Source: Negaprion brevirostris
Lineage: Eukaryota
DNA: 64,000 bases
Direction of reading: 5' to 3'
Assembly (NCBI GenBank): GCA_030324005.1
Contig: JARDVH010000110.1
Span: forward strand, 22,641,475-22,705,474
Position numbers and translations under genes: made by a program. This document shows positions 24,216-36,371 of the stretch, piece by piece. A model generated the notes under the pieces. The model made no database searches and was not told the DNA's origin. It was given only the letters and a program-made list of their open reading frames with translations. Every line of letters begins with the position of its first letter. The stretch's first letter is position 1.

Positions 24216-25418
24216 GCAGGCAATTAATTTTTTGAAAGCAGCTTGCTACTTCCCACCTCCAGTCGGACAGCTCCCATTTGACAGGGCTTTTTTAACTCTG
24301 AAAACTTGTCCTACGTGTTCAAATTAAATGGATTCCAAAAGCTTTTATTAGTGCAATCAGAAGGAATGATGTTCCAGCCCGTGTTCAATGTGCAGAACGT
24401 GCCCAATTGCAAAATATGTCCTTCTGTCTCTGTATTACTTATACCGTATGCTAGCAATTAAAAACCTCGCTGCCAAACTAGTTATAACTGGCAACATTGC
24501 TGCATACCTTGGGGCAAATCAAAGAGAATCCCAATCCGATTATCTAAGATTAGAGTAAGGGTGAAAGATCTTTTGAATTGCTGGGAAAACATTCCTCAAA
24601 ATTCCCTATTTTCTTCCAAGACTTGTTTACCTCAATTATTTGCAGCGAGGGTTTAATGACTAATAAGTAACCAACATAGATTTGTTATACGAGAGCCTTA
24701 CTATGGGTGAATCCCATCTGTTCTGGGTCAATTGGTTTGAATTATTTTGTGAGGGGAAAGCACTGAGCTAGAAACAAAACCATTAACAGAGTTGGGATTT
24801 CTAGATTTAATTTCATGCATAAGTGTTTAGAAAATCGGTATTCAGTGAAAAAACTGTTTAAAGGTACAATTTCCAATTACTGCACAATTAAGTGGTGTTT
24901 GCCACTGAAACATTAATTACTTGATCATCAGTGTTAAAGGACTTATATCTGAAGAGATAGCTGTCATCTACAAGGTAACACATCTTAAAACACATTTTAT
25001 GACAAAAAAAAGTAATCAGCCAACACCAGCCAGCAGGAGGTTCTTGCCTTGAATTAGTGATGTTTCAGTGAAAATTATAATGTTGGCATTTTACACTGTT
25101 TTACAGAGTAACAATCTATGCTTCATCTCTTTGAATGTAAATAAGAACCATTCATTAAGACATTTGCTCTGCAGACATAGAATTAACCTTTAACACCTGC
25201 AGATAAAAACACCAGCTTTCTTATCACATTGTATTGAGTTAGTTTCTTAAGCAATTTCATTTACTTGTTACTCCAGGGCTGTTATACGTAGTGCATCATT
25301 CAATCACCCTGCCATTTTCAGATCATTTCATCGTGTTTGTTGCTGTTACATCAACAACTGTAGTGCCTTCAACATAGTAAAATGTCTCAAGATGCTTCAC
25401 ACAAAGACTTGACACCAA

Positions 25419-25540
25419 GACTGCAATTTCCCTGTCCTGCCTGTCACAGGAATTGGAGCAGGCAGGACATGGACCATGCTAAGGTCTGTTGACCTCAGGT
25501 GAGTTTTTCCAGGGTGAGGGAGGCCAGAATATCCCACCCC
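25419..25540. mobile_element. Short Harbinger-type MITE
   Basis: ggacatggaccatgc..ggtc.gttgacctc core; end atcccacccc. Confidence 0.65.
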
Positions 25541-25545
25541 AAAAC

Positions 25546-25675
25546 TCGAAGGGTCACCCAGACTCGAAATGTTGGCTCTATTCTCTCTCCACAGATGCTG
25601 CCAGACCTGCTGAGATTTTCTAACATTTTCTGTGTTTGTTTCAAATTCCAGCAGCCTCAGTGACTTGCTTTTATC
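25546..25675 (+). mobile_element. PLE-type terminal repeat (family 2), truncated hammerhead
   Basis: cgaa-gggtc accca gactc-GAAA, then cagatgctgccagacctgctgag. Confidence 0.65.
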
Positions 25676-25714
25676 TTAAGATTTAACTCCAAGCTACATG
25701 AGATGCAGAGGAGA

Positions 25715-26110
25715 AAATCTTCCATTTATGAGTGCTTTTCAAAGCAATGTAACATCCCAATCTATCTTACAGCTGATGAAATACTTTCTGAAGTGTAGTC
25801 GCTATCGTTGTGAAGGAAATGCAGCAGTTATTTGCATGTAGCAAAGCCTCACAAACAGCAATACCATTAAGTAAAACAATTTGTTACTGTTAGAGGTATC
25901 AGTTTAGAGTCATATGTTGGCTAGAACATCGGGATGAACACCCCCCTGCTCTTCTCTCGAAAGAACATAACGGGATATGTCAAAACCTGGGGGGAAGGCA
26001 GAGGAGTCTCCGTTTTATCATCTCTCCAAATCATCCAAAAAGATCCAAATTGGATTTTTGATCCAAAAAGAAAGGCATTTCTGACAATGCAGCTCACCAT
26101 CAGTACTGAG
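25715..26110 (-). mobile_element. Ancient DeuSINE (SacSINE1/AmnSINE-like)
   Basis: ttctgaagtgtagtc...ggaaatgcagcag...ccctgctcttct...ctgacaatgcagc. Confidence 0.6.
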
Positions 26111-26244
26111 ACCAGACCAGGAGGTCACAGGGATAGATTTTAAGGAGGACCAAAAGAGAAATGAGAGGTAAACTGCAGAAAGATTTGGGAAATTCAAAGG
26201 TTAGACTGAGGCAGCCGAAGGCACGACTGTGAAAACTTAGTGCA

Positions 26245-26491
26245 AAGTCTCACAACACCAGGTTAAAGTCCAGCAGGTTTATTTTATAGCAAAAGCCACT
26301 NNNNNNNNNNNNNNNNNNNNNNNNNNNNNNNNNNNNNNNNNNNNNNNNNNNNNNNNNNNNNNNNNNNNNNNNNNNNNNNNNNNNNNNNNNNNNNNNNNNN
26401 ACCTGACGAAGGGACTAACCCCGAAAGCTTGTGAGTCTATTATCAAATAAATCAGTTGGACTAAAACCTGGTGTTGTTAGACTTTTTACTG
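26245..26491. mobile_element. Palindromic PLE-type element (family 1) with internal N gap
   Basis: Inverted arms ctcacaacaccaggttaaagtcca / ttggactaaaacctggtgttgt. Confidence 0.8.
26401..26433 (+). ncRNA. Minimal hammerhead ribozyme, intact core
   Basis: ac-CTGACGA-a-ggg actaac ccc-GAAA-gc-TT-gtg. Confidence 0.6.
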
Positions 26492-26879
26492 CGACTTCCT
26501 GCTGGCAGGAAACACATGGTGGCAGGGAAGCACTCTCACTAAATTCAACCCACTTAAAATTTATCTTATTTTTAATATTTATCAATACAAACATAAATCT
26601 CTTTGTTTCCTAACACTCTTGTTGGTGCTATAAGTTGCCAAATAAAATAATGTCTAGTTAATCTGTTTTTAGGCTTTGGTTGCAATAAGAATCTTAAAAT
26701 GTGAAATCTTCTTGTGTTTTCTTTTTCAGTGAATAACTGAAAATTCAATTTTTACATTGTGTTATCACTTTCTATGGAGACTGTAACATTCATTCATGGT
26801 TAAATAGCTATTGAGGTTGTGGATGTTTGAGTTCTGAATTTTCCTCCTGCCAGTGGCTTTGTACTGATGTTGATTTTTA

Positions 26880-27270
26880 GTGTTCCACGCATACAAGCCG
26901 CATTGTCTCCATGAAAGGTCTGAGCAGCTGACTGGTGGGATTTAAATGAATTCTGACAGTTAAAATTTACCAAGTCTGTGGCTCCTGCCTGGGAATTACC
27001 ATCTGTGCTTGCTGCACACCAGCTTTTGGATGTATGATGAACCCTTCTGTTGTGGATGCCAGCATTGCCATTTCCATCTATAAATGCCTGCCATCTTGGA
27101 ACCAAGGCAACCAGCATATATTGTAGGGAAATAGGATCAATTCTCACCTTCTTCAGAGTTTCTCTCATTCTGCATTTTGGATGTAGCCAATTATGAATGT
27201 GGGATGTGCAAAAATTTGCACCTTTGCGATATCTAATCTTATGTTATTCACCTTTAATAAGGTCCTGGTA
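26880..27270 (-). mobile_element. Probable ancient RTE LINE C-terminal fragment
   Basis: MRETLKKVRIDP...PRWQ...NCQNSFKSH resembles the RTE C-terminus with a decayed zinc finger. Confidence 0.4.
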
Positions 27271-28016
27271 GGCCAAATAAAACATAGTTTCTCTTATTTA
27301 TATCTTAAATATTTTTCTATTGCCCCTCACCCCTTCTCCTGCTAGCTTCTTTGTCCCAGTTTATATACAGACTTTGACTTTGAGGTGGTGAAGGAAATAA
27401 GTGCATGCACCCTAACGATGTTGAGGGTCAAGTGCTGTCAACTGGAAATGGAGACAACACATTGGGAATGTCTTTATCAGGATGTTCTAACCTGCCTCCA
27501 CAATTATGATAAAAGTTAGGTGGAACCCCTTTTTTTACACAAGAGAATACCTTTAAGACATCTTGGTTATATTGCAACAGAAGATAAATTAATGAGTTGA
27601 AGGTGGTGTGGGATTTACACTAGGAATATTTTATAGCAAACATAGTCCATATAAGAATCTACTTAAACTGAACACTACAGCACAGTCCAGAGAATCTGAT
27701 TTACAAAGATTCTTCATGAACTACGGTAAGCAGAACACATGTCCAATATGGCAACAACATATTTCAATTAAAAACATGATGATTTTTCAAGCAAAATCCA
27801 TTGAGCAGATGCTAGTTGCTTATAGATTATGTGTATAAAACCAACCCAAGCCAGTTAGAGCAGTGTAGTCTCCAGATGTGATTGATGGGGAAATTATCTG
27901 ATTATCTCTATTCTAGACAGGAATAATGATGTCACCATATGCAGGTATATTTCAAATTCATCAAATTTCAGTTTGTAATTGAGTATAAGTCCCACCTCCA
28001 CTTTTTTATGAAGACT

Positions 28017-28284
28017 GGGGGACAAGATGGCATAGTGGTTAGCATTGCTGCCTCACAGCAGCAGGGACCTGGGTTCAATTCCTGGCTTGTCACTGTCTCT
28101 GTGGAGTCTGCACATTCTTCCCGTGTCTGTATGGTTCCCTCCCACAGTCTGAAAGAAATGCTGGTTAGACAGAAATTTTCTCTTAGTGTACCCGAATAGG
28201 TGCCAAAGTGTAACAATTAGGGGATTTTCACTGTACCCTCATTGCAGTGTTAATGTAAGTATACATGTAACACTAATAAATGAA
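28017..28284 (+). mobile_element. tRNA SINE, type B
   Basis: A/B-box head and type B tail. Confidence 0.85.
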
Positions 28285-30659
28285 CTGGATGCCAATATTT
28301 TAGAATGATGTGGATTGTCTCAGCTGCAGTGGTGGAACTTATCACAGCCGTCCAAATATATGCAGAGTTTTCAGCGCAGGTTGTTGGATATAGATTGGTC
28401 TCGCGCCTCCTCAGTGTGTTGGAAGCTTTTAATAAAATTTATTTTGCTAATTGTGTAATTGCAGAGCATCAACCTGGCAGGGAAAAACCTTCAGGAAGAG
28501 CTGCATAATTGAAGTAACATTGAGTTAATGTGGAGCTGCAAAGATGTGAGTGCCTTTTTCACTTGTTTCTAATTGATTTTTACATGTGTTGACTTCCAAC
28601 AGCCTCCTCTATTATGAAGTATTGTATCACTAAAAACTTAGCTGAATATGACAAGTAGTGTAAATGCAGCAACATCTGCATTTCTGCATTTAACTGTGTA
28701 TGTGCAGATTTTGGATATTTCTGTCGTTTTCAGAGGAGTAAAGAGAGCAAATAGCGACAGTTTTGTTGCCATTCCTACTGCTAAATTGTGGCCAATATAT
28801 TTTGATGCATAAGCCATTTCTGCATAAACTTTTGAGTTTAATATTTAATCTCCTAAATGTATTACAGTATATAGGAAACTCATGGTTACAGGAACAGGAG
28901 GTCAAAAAGCAATTATGGAAATGAATTAACTATTTCACTCCTAATTTTAGTTGTTCCCATTATACTGAAGAAACAACTTAGACTTCAAACAATGTGTTTT
29001 CAAGGAAATAATAATATGACGTGAACAAAACAGTCCAAAGGCATTTGCTCAATTCCCAATTATTAAAGTTTATGAGTTATCCAAACATCCTAACTATTAA
29101 TATTTTCTATTAACACCCATAATAAACTAATACTTAACACAAGAAGGCACCAAAATTAATGTATGATCAGTTTTGCTTTAGAAATCATTGGTATTTCCTT
29201 ATATATTGGATTCATTTTATCACATTGGCCCAGATCTTGCCACTGCCAGTGAAGATTTTACTGACCCAATGCAAGTGCCAATATTTTCTAGAATATCCTG
29301 ATCCTGGCCAACACAGGAATGAGCGAACACAACATTTTCTGTCTAATTCCAATGAGCAGCGCAGAGTAGAGTTGGGAGAAGGAGAGAACATTTCCCCCTT
29401 TAACTGCACTAGTTGCCACATTCAGTTTTTAAAATTCCAGTCTTCTAATGAATTAATGTGAGTGGACGAATGGGTGTATGCTTCGGCGATTGAAGTGTGT
29501 GAGTGAGTACATGGGTGAGTGTGTTATCACGTGAGAATGGTGGTTCAGAGGTCAAGCAGTATTTGGATTCAATTTGGGAGCTACTTGCATGGTCAGGAGT
29601 TTAGTAGGATGATCGAGTGGTCATGTCAGATCCAGGGTAATTGGGTGGCTGGATTAGTAGTCAGTTCAAATGGAGAAGCCATGTAGTTGGGGATGCCACC
29701 AGGNNNNNNNNNNNNNNNNNNNNNNNNNNNNNNNNNNNNNNNNNNNNNNNNNNNNNNNNNNNNNNNNNNNNNNNNNNNNNNNNNNNNNNNNNNNNNNNNN
29801 NNNNNNNNNNNNNNNNNNNNNNNNNNNNNNNNNNNNNNNNNNNNNNNNNNNNNNNNNNNNNNNNNNNNNNNNNNNNNNNNNNNNNNNNNNNNNNNNNNNN
29901 NNNNNNNNNNNNNNNNNNNNNNNNNNNNNNNNNNNNNNNNNNNNNNNNNNNNNNNNNNNNNNNNNNNNNNNNNNNNNNNNNNNNNNNNNNNNNNNNNNNN
30001 NNNNNNNNNNNNNNNNNNNNNNNNNNNNNNNNNNNNNNNNNNNNNNNNNNNNNNNNAGATATTAGAGCAGGTTTTAAATCATCTAACATTCCCTGGGTAA
30101 AAAGTATGCAGATAAGTCCTTTGTGTCTGGTCTGAGTACAGGGTCATAGTCATTCACAGAGGATCCTGGCCAACAGGAGTCAGCCCACTGCAAATTTAAA
30201 CTTGCCAGGCAATTACCACATGTCCATGCATTAGGACTTGCATTGGGTCTAAGAGCGCATCTCCTGATTTAAATTCCATATCTGATGATCTGAAGACAGG
30301 AGGATTTTGGCTATTGCGTTTTGTGTTTCTCTTCTTCTTTATATGTCATATTTCCTCAACCCTCTCAAATAATGGCTGCTAATTTGTGTCTGGAATGCAT
30401 GTTGACTGAGATCAGTGAAATTAAGTTAAAAGTTTATGTAGCTATGAATATGATTGTGTTTACAGCTCACTGCAAAATCTATGGCAATTCCAGATGGATG
30501 GTAGGAAATGGTGTTAGTTCAGCCTAATAGACATTTGAAACCAGTGACAGGCTCATTGATGACAGAAAGACATCCTCACTGTATTGTGTGAAATGAAATC
30601 ATAAACCTCTTTAACATCTAACAGATTTCTAATTTTGTTGTACAGAGAACTGCAGAAAA

Positions 30660-32010
30660 CTTTCTCTTGAGCTCTAAAGATACTGAAAGGCATATATTGA
30701 AACAATGTGCATAATTTCAGGGAAAATGGAATGGACAACAATCCTTCGACTATTTGCCAGCTCCAATTAAATCCTATTATGGCATGGCTCAGTGAATAAA
30801 CTCTATTGACTTGAACAGGGAATTGGCTCAGAGGTAGGAGACTGAGACGAGGCACAATAAGTAGATATTAAATTGGCAGATTGTGACTTGAAATGTCTAC
30901 TAGGAGTCTGTACTGGGACCTCACCTTTTCACTATATTAATAAATGACTTGATAAATGAAGGAATGAGGAGCTGCACATCTAGGTTTGCAGATGACCTAA
31001 GTTGGGTGGCATAGTAAATAATGTAGATGAGAACAGAAAGTTTGAAAGGGACCATTTAGAGATTAGGTGACTGGACAGAATAGTGGCAGTTGGAGTTAAT
31101 GCGGGAAAGTGTAATGTCATCCATGTTGGACCTAAGAAAGATAAATCAGTGTACTTTCTAAACAGCGAGAATCTAGGAATCTGTGCCTAAGCAGAGGAAG
31201 GTAGGCATCCAAGTGCAGCAATCACACCCGAAAGACTCCCCTCCCCACCCAAGTGCAGCAATCACTAGTGAACAAGCACAAAAATTAATTTAAATGGTGA
31301 ATGGAATGTTGTTCTTAATTTGAGAGTTGCAGAGCCACAGAAATTATGTTACGGCTATACAGCGTTTTGATTAGATTCCATCGGGAGTACTGCATTCAGT
31401 TCTGAGTTCACATCTTAAGAAGGATATGGTGCTTTGGAGACGATACAGTGAAGATTCCTCAGATTGATACGAGAGGGAAAAGGGTTAAATTACAAGGACA
31501 GGTTGCGTAGGCGAGGCATAAATTCCCTGGAATAGAACCATGAGGAATGATCTCATTGAAGCATTGAAGATAATGGAAGGATGTTATAGAGATATTGAAA
31601 AAATATTTTCTTTGACAGGAGAGTCCAATAAAATAAGAGCTAGGCCTTTCATGGATGCTATTCGGATGCAATTTGTCACACAAAAGATGGTGCAAATCTG
31701 GAACTCTCTCCAAAAAGGTGCTGAGCTTGGGTCAATTGAAAATTTCAAAATTGAGATTGCTTGAATTTTGTTAGACGTTTGAACTCAAGATGATTTNNNA
31801 AAGATGATTTTCCAGGATTTTCTAGCAGTGGAGGCAATTCACCATTGCCTCAGGTGGGATGCCATAGACACCTCACCAGTGGGAAGCACCAGAAAATTTA
31901 GCCTGATGTAATCCAGGTGAATCCATCCAAGCTACAGATCAGCCATATCTAATTGAATGGTAGCAGAACAGGCTCAAGAGGCTAAATGGTCTCCTCTTGT
32001 CCTTATCTTC
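30660..32010 (+). mobile_element. Old CR1 LINE, 3' half
   Basis: SVLGPHLFTILINDL, SRFADD, and MRNDLIEALKIMEG...TQKMVQIWNSL; CR1-like tail. Confidence 0.85.
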
Positions 32011-32681
32011 CAAACATTAAACATTGAAAACAATTTGTCAGTGGAGTGTAACTCCAGTTGTATCAATGAACTGCAGTCTCAACATGTTATGGTCCAGTGA
32101 AGTTTGGCTTTCTGTAATAGTGCAGGTTTTATTTGCAATAAACACATAAGCATTGTGGAGCTGTGGTCAAACAAAACGTATAAATAAAATCGCACAAGAA
32201 AATGGTCAAACCAGATAGAATTCTTTTAGAAAATGGTATCTAATCGTCTGCACTTTCTTAAAACAAACAAGAATAAGACTGACATTGTCAATTAAATAAG
32301 AGCAGTCATTACTGAGAATTTGTGTCTGCAGTATCCCTATTTGGCCCAAAACAGCAACCATTAATGGAAAGCTGTTTTTCTGTCCACGATGTTTAAAGTA
32401 GACTTCCACACTCATTCTCTTTGGAGTGAATATTTTCCAAAAACCCACTTCTTGGGCAAATTCTCGACTCAGTGGACACTGTCCAAATATACANNNNNNN
32501 NNNNNNNNNNNNNNNNNNNNNNNNNNNNNNNNNNNNNNNNNNNNNNNNNNNNNNNNNNNNNNNNNNNNNNNNNNNNNNNNNNNNNNNNNNNNNCTTTGGC
32601 TCAAGTGACAGGACTTTTGCTCATGGATAGATCCTTGCATGTCGGTGGGAATGGCCACTGTGACCCAGTCTTCAACCATCT

Positions 32682-32980
32682 GAATCAAAGAATCCTACAA
32701 TGCAGGAGGCGGCCTTTCGGCCCATCGAGTCTGCTCTGACCACAATCTCACCCAGGTCCAAGTCCCATAACCCCATGCATTTAGCCTAGCTGGTACCCCT
32801 GACATGAAGGATCAATTTAGCATAGCCAATCCACCTAAGCCGCACATCTTTGGACTGTGGGTAGAAACCCACACCGACACAGGAAGAACGTGCAAACTCT
32901 CCGCAGACAGTGACCCAAGCTGGCAATCAAACCCAGGTCCTTGGCGCTGTGAGGCAGCAGTGCTAACCACTATGCTGCCC
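32682..32980 (-). mobile_element. HE1-like SINE, type A
   Basis: Near full-length reverse copy. Confidence 0.9.
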
Positions 32981-33496
32981 AACATGTTGAAATCCAAGTG
33001 AAGGTAGAAAATTATTTGAAGTCATTCCCCTCATCATTTGCTTGGCTTTTTCAAAGAAAAGGCTCAGCATCAACACCAGTCAGCATGGTGAATATATTCT
33101 GCTCCAATGATGTCCGGGTCCTGCAGGCAAGACTGATGTAATTTCAGTCTGAAAGACTACAGACAAGAAAAAAAGCTAGCCTGCTGCTCCAAAGAAGTTG
33201 CCATATAAACTGAAGAGGCAGCTCATCCATTTGGGAGCACATTAGCTTTTTATGGAACAGTTAGAATTCATCACCAGCAGTATTGTGTTGTCACATCTTT
33301 TTGTATATTAGTTTTTGTAAATAAATCCAGAACAATTTATCCTTGTAGTGGTCTCAGGAGGGTGATATTTTTGACAAGGACTATATTTTCCAGTAACACA
33401 ATTATCTCAAGTTGCTCCAAGAAAAACTAACATGAATTAAAATGGAAAAACTCCAGGGGACAAGACGACAACAAGCCACAATATAAGGGCAAGTCA

Positions 33497-33634
33497 TGAT
33501 GTGGAGTTGCCAGCGTTGGACTAGGGCAGGCACAGTAAGTCGTCTCACCACACCAGGTTAAAGTCCAAGAGGTTTATTTGGTAGCACGAGCTTTCAGAGC
33601 ACTGCCCCTTCATCAGGTGAGTGCCCTCACATCA
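33497..33634 (-). mobile_element. PLE-type mini-element (family 1)
   Basis: tgatgtggag...ctcacatca termini; contains a hammerhead. Confidence 0.8.
33585..33619 (-). ncRNA. Minimal hammerhead ribozyme, intact core
   Basis: Reverse strand cac-CTGATGA-a-ggggc agt gctct-GAAA-gc-TC-gtg; stem I cac/gtg; palindromic AGCT stem III. Confidence 0.7.
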
Positions 33635-34052
33635 TGCATCTGAAGATTTAGTTGTTCAATGTAGTTTGTAGGAATAAAAATTTGCACAAAACCACAACCA
33701 TATTTCAATTGCCAAATTACTCCAAGAAATGAAACATTAGCTTTATTTTACATTAAAAAATAAAGAAAGAATAATGACTTGAATGTAGGTGATTTCTATA
33801 GTTCAATTTCCCAATTCACAACAGTTCACACTTCAGAAACTGTATATTAGATATCGCATACCTTGAGATGTCCTGAAGTCATTGAAGGTGCTTTATAAAT
33901 TCAAGTTATTTCTGAGAAGAGTGTCCTGGTGCTGTTCCTGTGCTATTCATGAGATATTTCACAGCAAGCCCAGAACTTTTGATGCAAGCATCTCACTTTG
34001 TTTCCAAGCAGGGTTGCTTTTAAAACAGAGAACTGAAGCGTTTTAAGAGCAG

Positions 34053-34156
34053 TGGATGCTGGAAAAATAAAATAAAATGCTGAAAATAGTCAGCAGGTCA
34101 GGCTATAGAGAGAGAAGCCATATTAACATCTGAGGTTGCTGTCGCTTCATCAAAAC
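34053..34156 (-). mobile_element. PLE-type terminal repeat (family 2)
   Basis: ggatgctggaaa...aatgctgaaaatagtcagcaggtcaggc...cttcatcaaaac. Confidence 0.5.
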
Positions 34157-34711
34157 ATTGGTTAAGGCGATGCAATCGCCCCAAAACAGCTGAGGCATTT
34201 TCTGGAAATACAGTAAAACATTTCGAAATTTTTTTTTGTTAAATCAGGGGAATTCTTAAGCAGTGCATGTTCATTTATAAAATTCCCTGCAATTGTTACT
34301 GCATGATTCCTCTCTGGGGATAGCTCACTTTATAAAAACACATGAGCTTCAGAGTGGCAAACTAAAACTATATATATATATAAATCTTACCATTCAGCCC
34401 TGAATTTACCCTCCCATGCTGGGGGAATAGATTTACAATGCTTTCTATGGCCTGTAACCACATCTAAGTGGCATTCCCTCAGACGTGAAACTGGCACTCC
34501 CTTTAATGAAAATAAGAATACCTGTTTCTTTCAGGGTTAATGCCATGAAATAAATGGCTTTCTCAAAAATCTTGTGATGTACTTATGCATAATTCCCGCA
34601 CTTTGATCATGATTGAGCGTGTGAGCAAAAGAACATTCAATCATTTGGCTTAAAGAGACATTTTCCACTCCTATTCTGCTAACCCAACCCTTCCTCCACC
34701 AGCCCAACTCT

Positions 34712-34954
34712 GGGCAGGATCTTCCAGTCCCGCTGAAGGTAAACTTTCCACCTTGGAGGGTTCTCCAGCAGCAGGACGTGCGAGCCACGCAAAACACCAT
34801 GAACGTTGGCGGAGGTAAGATTTGTCTTTGTGGGACTAGAAGATCCTATCAGTTGCCAATGGCTAGCTGCCTTCACCACCAGAAAACGTGCTTTGGAGAT
34901 GAGGGGGTGGCGGGATGGGGGGAGAGAGGGAGGAGTGTGCAGAAAATCCCACCT
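34712..34954. mobile_element. Harbinger-type MITE (medium family)
   Basis: gggcaggatcttcc / agaaaatcccacct; flanks TCT/ACT. Confidence 0.65.
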
Positions 34955-35490
34955 ACTATGTAAGGAGTTTGAGTCCCCTTTTCTTAGAGTGATTTTTGGA
35001 CCCTGGAATTACAAGAACAAAATACATGAAAATACTTGTGACAATCAGTTTTGGCTCAACATTAAACTCGTTAGTATTTTAAAGCAACAAAATCCCAATA
35101 CAAACCTCTTCTTGATTTGATTGGAGTTTATAATCACCCAAGTGGCTGGTCATTACAGGTGTTGAGTGTAGGCCTGGATCTGGAGGTGACCAGTCCCTAC
35201 CCTCTTCCTGATTGTAGTAACCATGCTGCGATCTTGNNNNNNNNNNGTTACACTATCATACACCAGAGCCAGAGATATAGATTCAATTAACAGCCTACTG
35301 GATCACCGGGTCTTCATATCTCTTTATCTTGGTCTTTCAATCTCCTGAGCTATCCAAATCTGAAAGGTCAAAGAAATTCCTTAGCTCCTGCCCTGCTGTT
35401 TACACAACAGTAGATGAAATTATTTTCTTCACGATGATGGACACTTAGCTCATTGCATTATTCTGTGCTACTAAAGCTTCTTCCATTTAT

Positions 35491-35755
35491 GGATGGCACA
35501 ACGGGTAGCACTGTTACCTCACAGTGTCAGAGACCCAGGTTCAATTCCCGACTTGGGGTACTGTCTGTGTGGAGTCTGCATTGGGCTTCCTTCGGTTTCA
35601 TCCCATAGTGCGAAAGATGTGCTGGCTAGGTGTGTTCGCCATGCTTAATTCTCTCTCAGTGTACCCAGAAAAATGCTGGAGTATGACGACTAGGGATTTT
35701 CACAGGAACTCATTGCTGTGTTGATGTAAGCCTACCTGTGACATTAATAAATAAA
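35491..35755 (+). mobile_element. tRNA SINE, type B
   Basis: Head, B-box ggttcaattccc and type B tail. Confidence 0.85.
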
Positions 35756-35877
35756 CAAAAAAACAAACGTATGGTGATTTATAATTGCAGTTAACCTATG
35801 GCATTGCCCAGGTGTTAATATTCTTCAAACTGATCATGAGTCAGGGTTTCAGTTAACTCATTCTTTCTGTGCATCAA

Positions 35878-36191
35878 GGATGGCACAGTGGTATAGTAGT
35901 TAGGACTGCTGCCTTCCAGCATCAGAGACCTGGGTTTGATTTCAGCCTTGGACGACTGTGCAGAGTTTAGACATTCTCCCAGTGTCTGCATGGGTTTCCT
36001 CCAGATGCTCTGATTTTCTCCCATGCTGCAAAGATGTGCAGGGTGAGGTTGATTGGCCATGCTAAATTGCCCCTTACTGTCAGGCAGGTTAGCAGGGTAA
36101 AGGTATGGGGATAGGGTCTGTGTGGAATTGTTATCAGTGCAGCCTTCATGGGTCAATGTTTCCTTCTGCACTATAGAGATTCTATGATTCT
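35878..36191 (+). mobile_element. HE1-like SINE, type A
   Basis: Full head, core and tail ...gattctatgattct. Confidence 0.9.
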
Positions 36192-36371
36192 AACTCTCAG
36201 GTTTAACAATTCTTCCCTTTTGCTGTTACATTATAGGAAAATGCCAACCTTATCTGCTATTTGAAAAGAGTGTGAATGGTGATATTTCCTCTTCAGAGGA
36301 GTTGTCTTTGATGGAATGATTTTTTTCACATTTATTTTTGGAATTATTTGTATTTATCAATTGATACATAT

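Noticed and set aside
26800-27168. 122-aa ORF as a host gene
   Set aside because: No splice structure or host homology recognised; better explained as a decayed RTE C-terminus.
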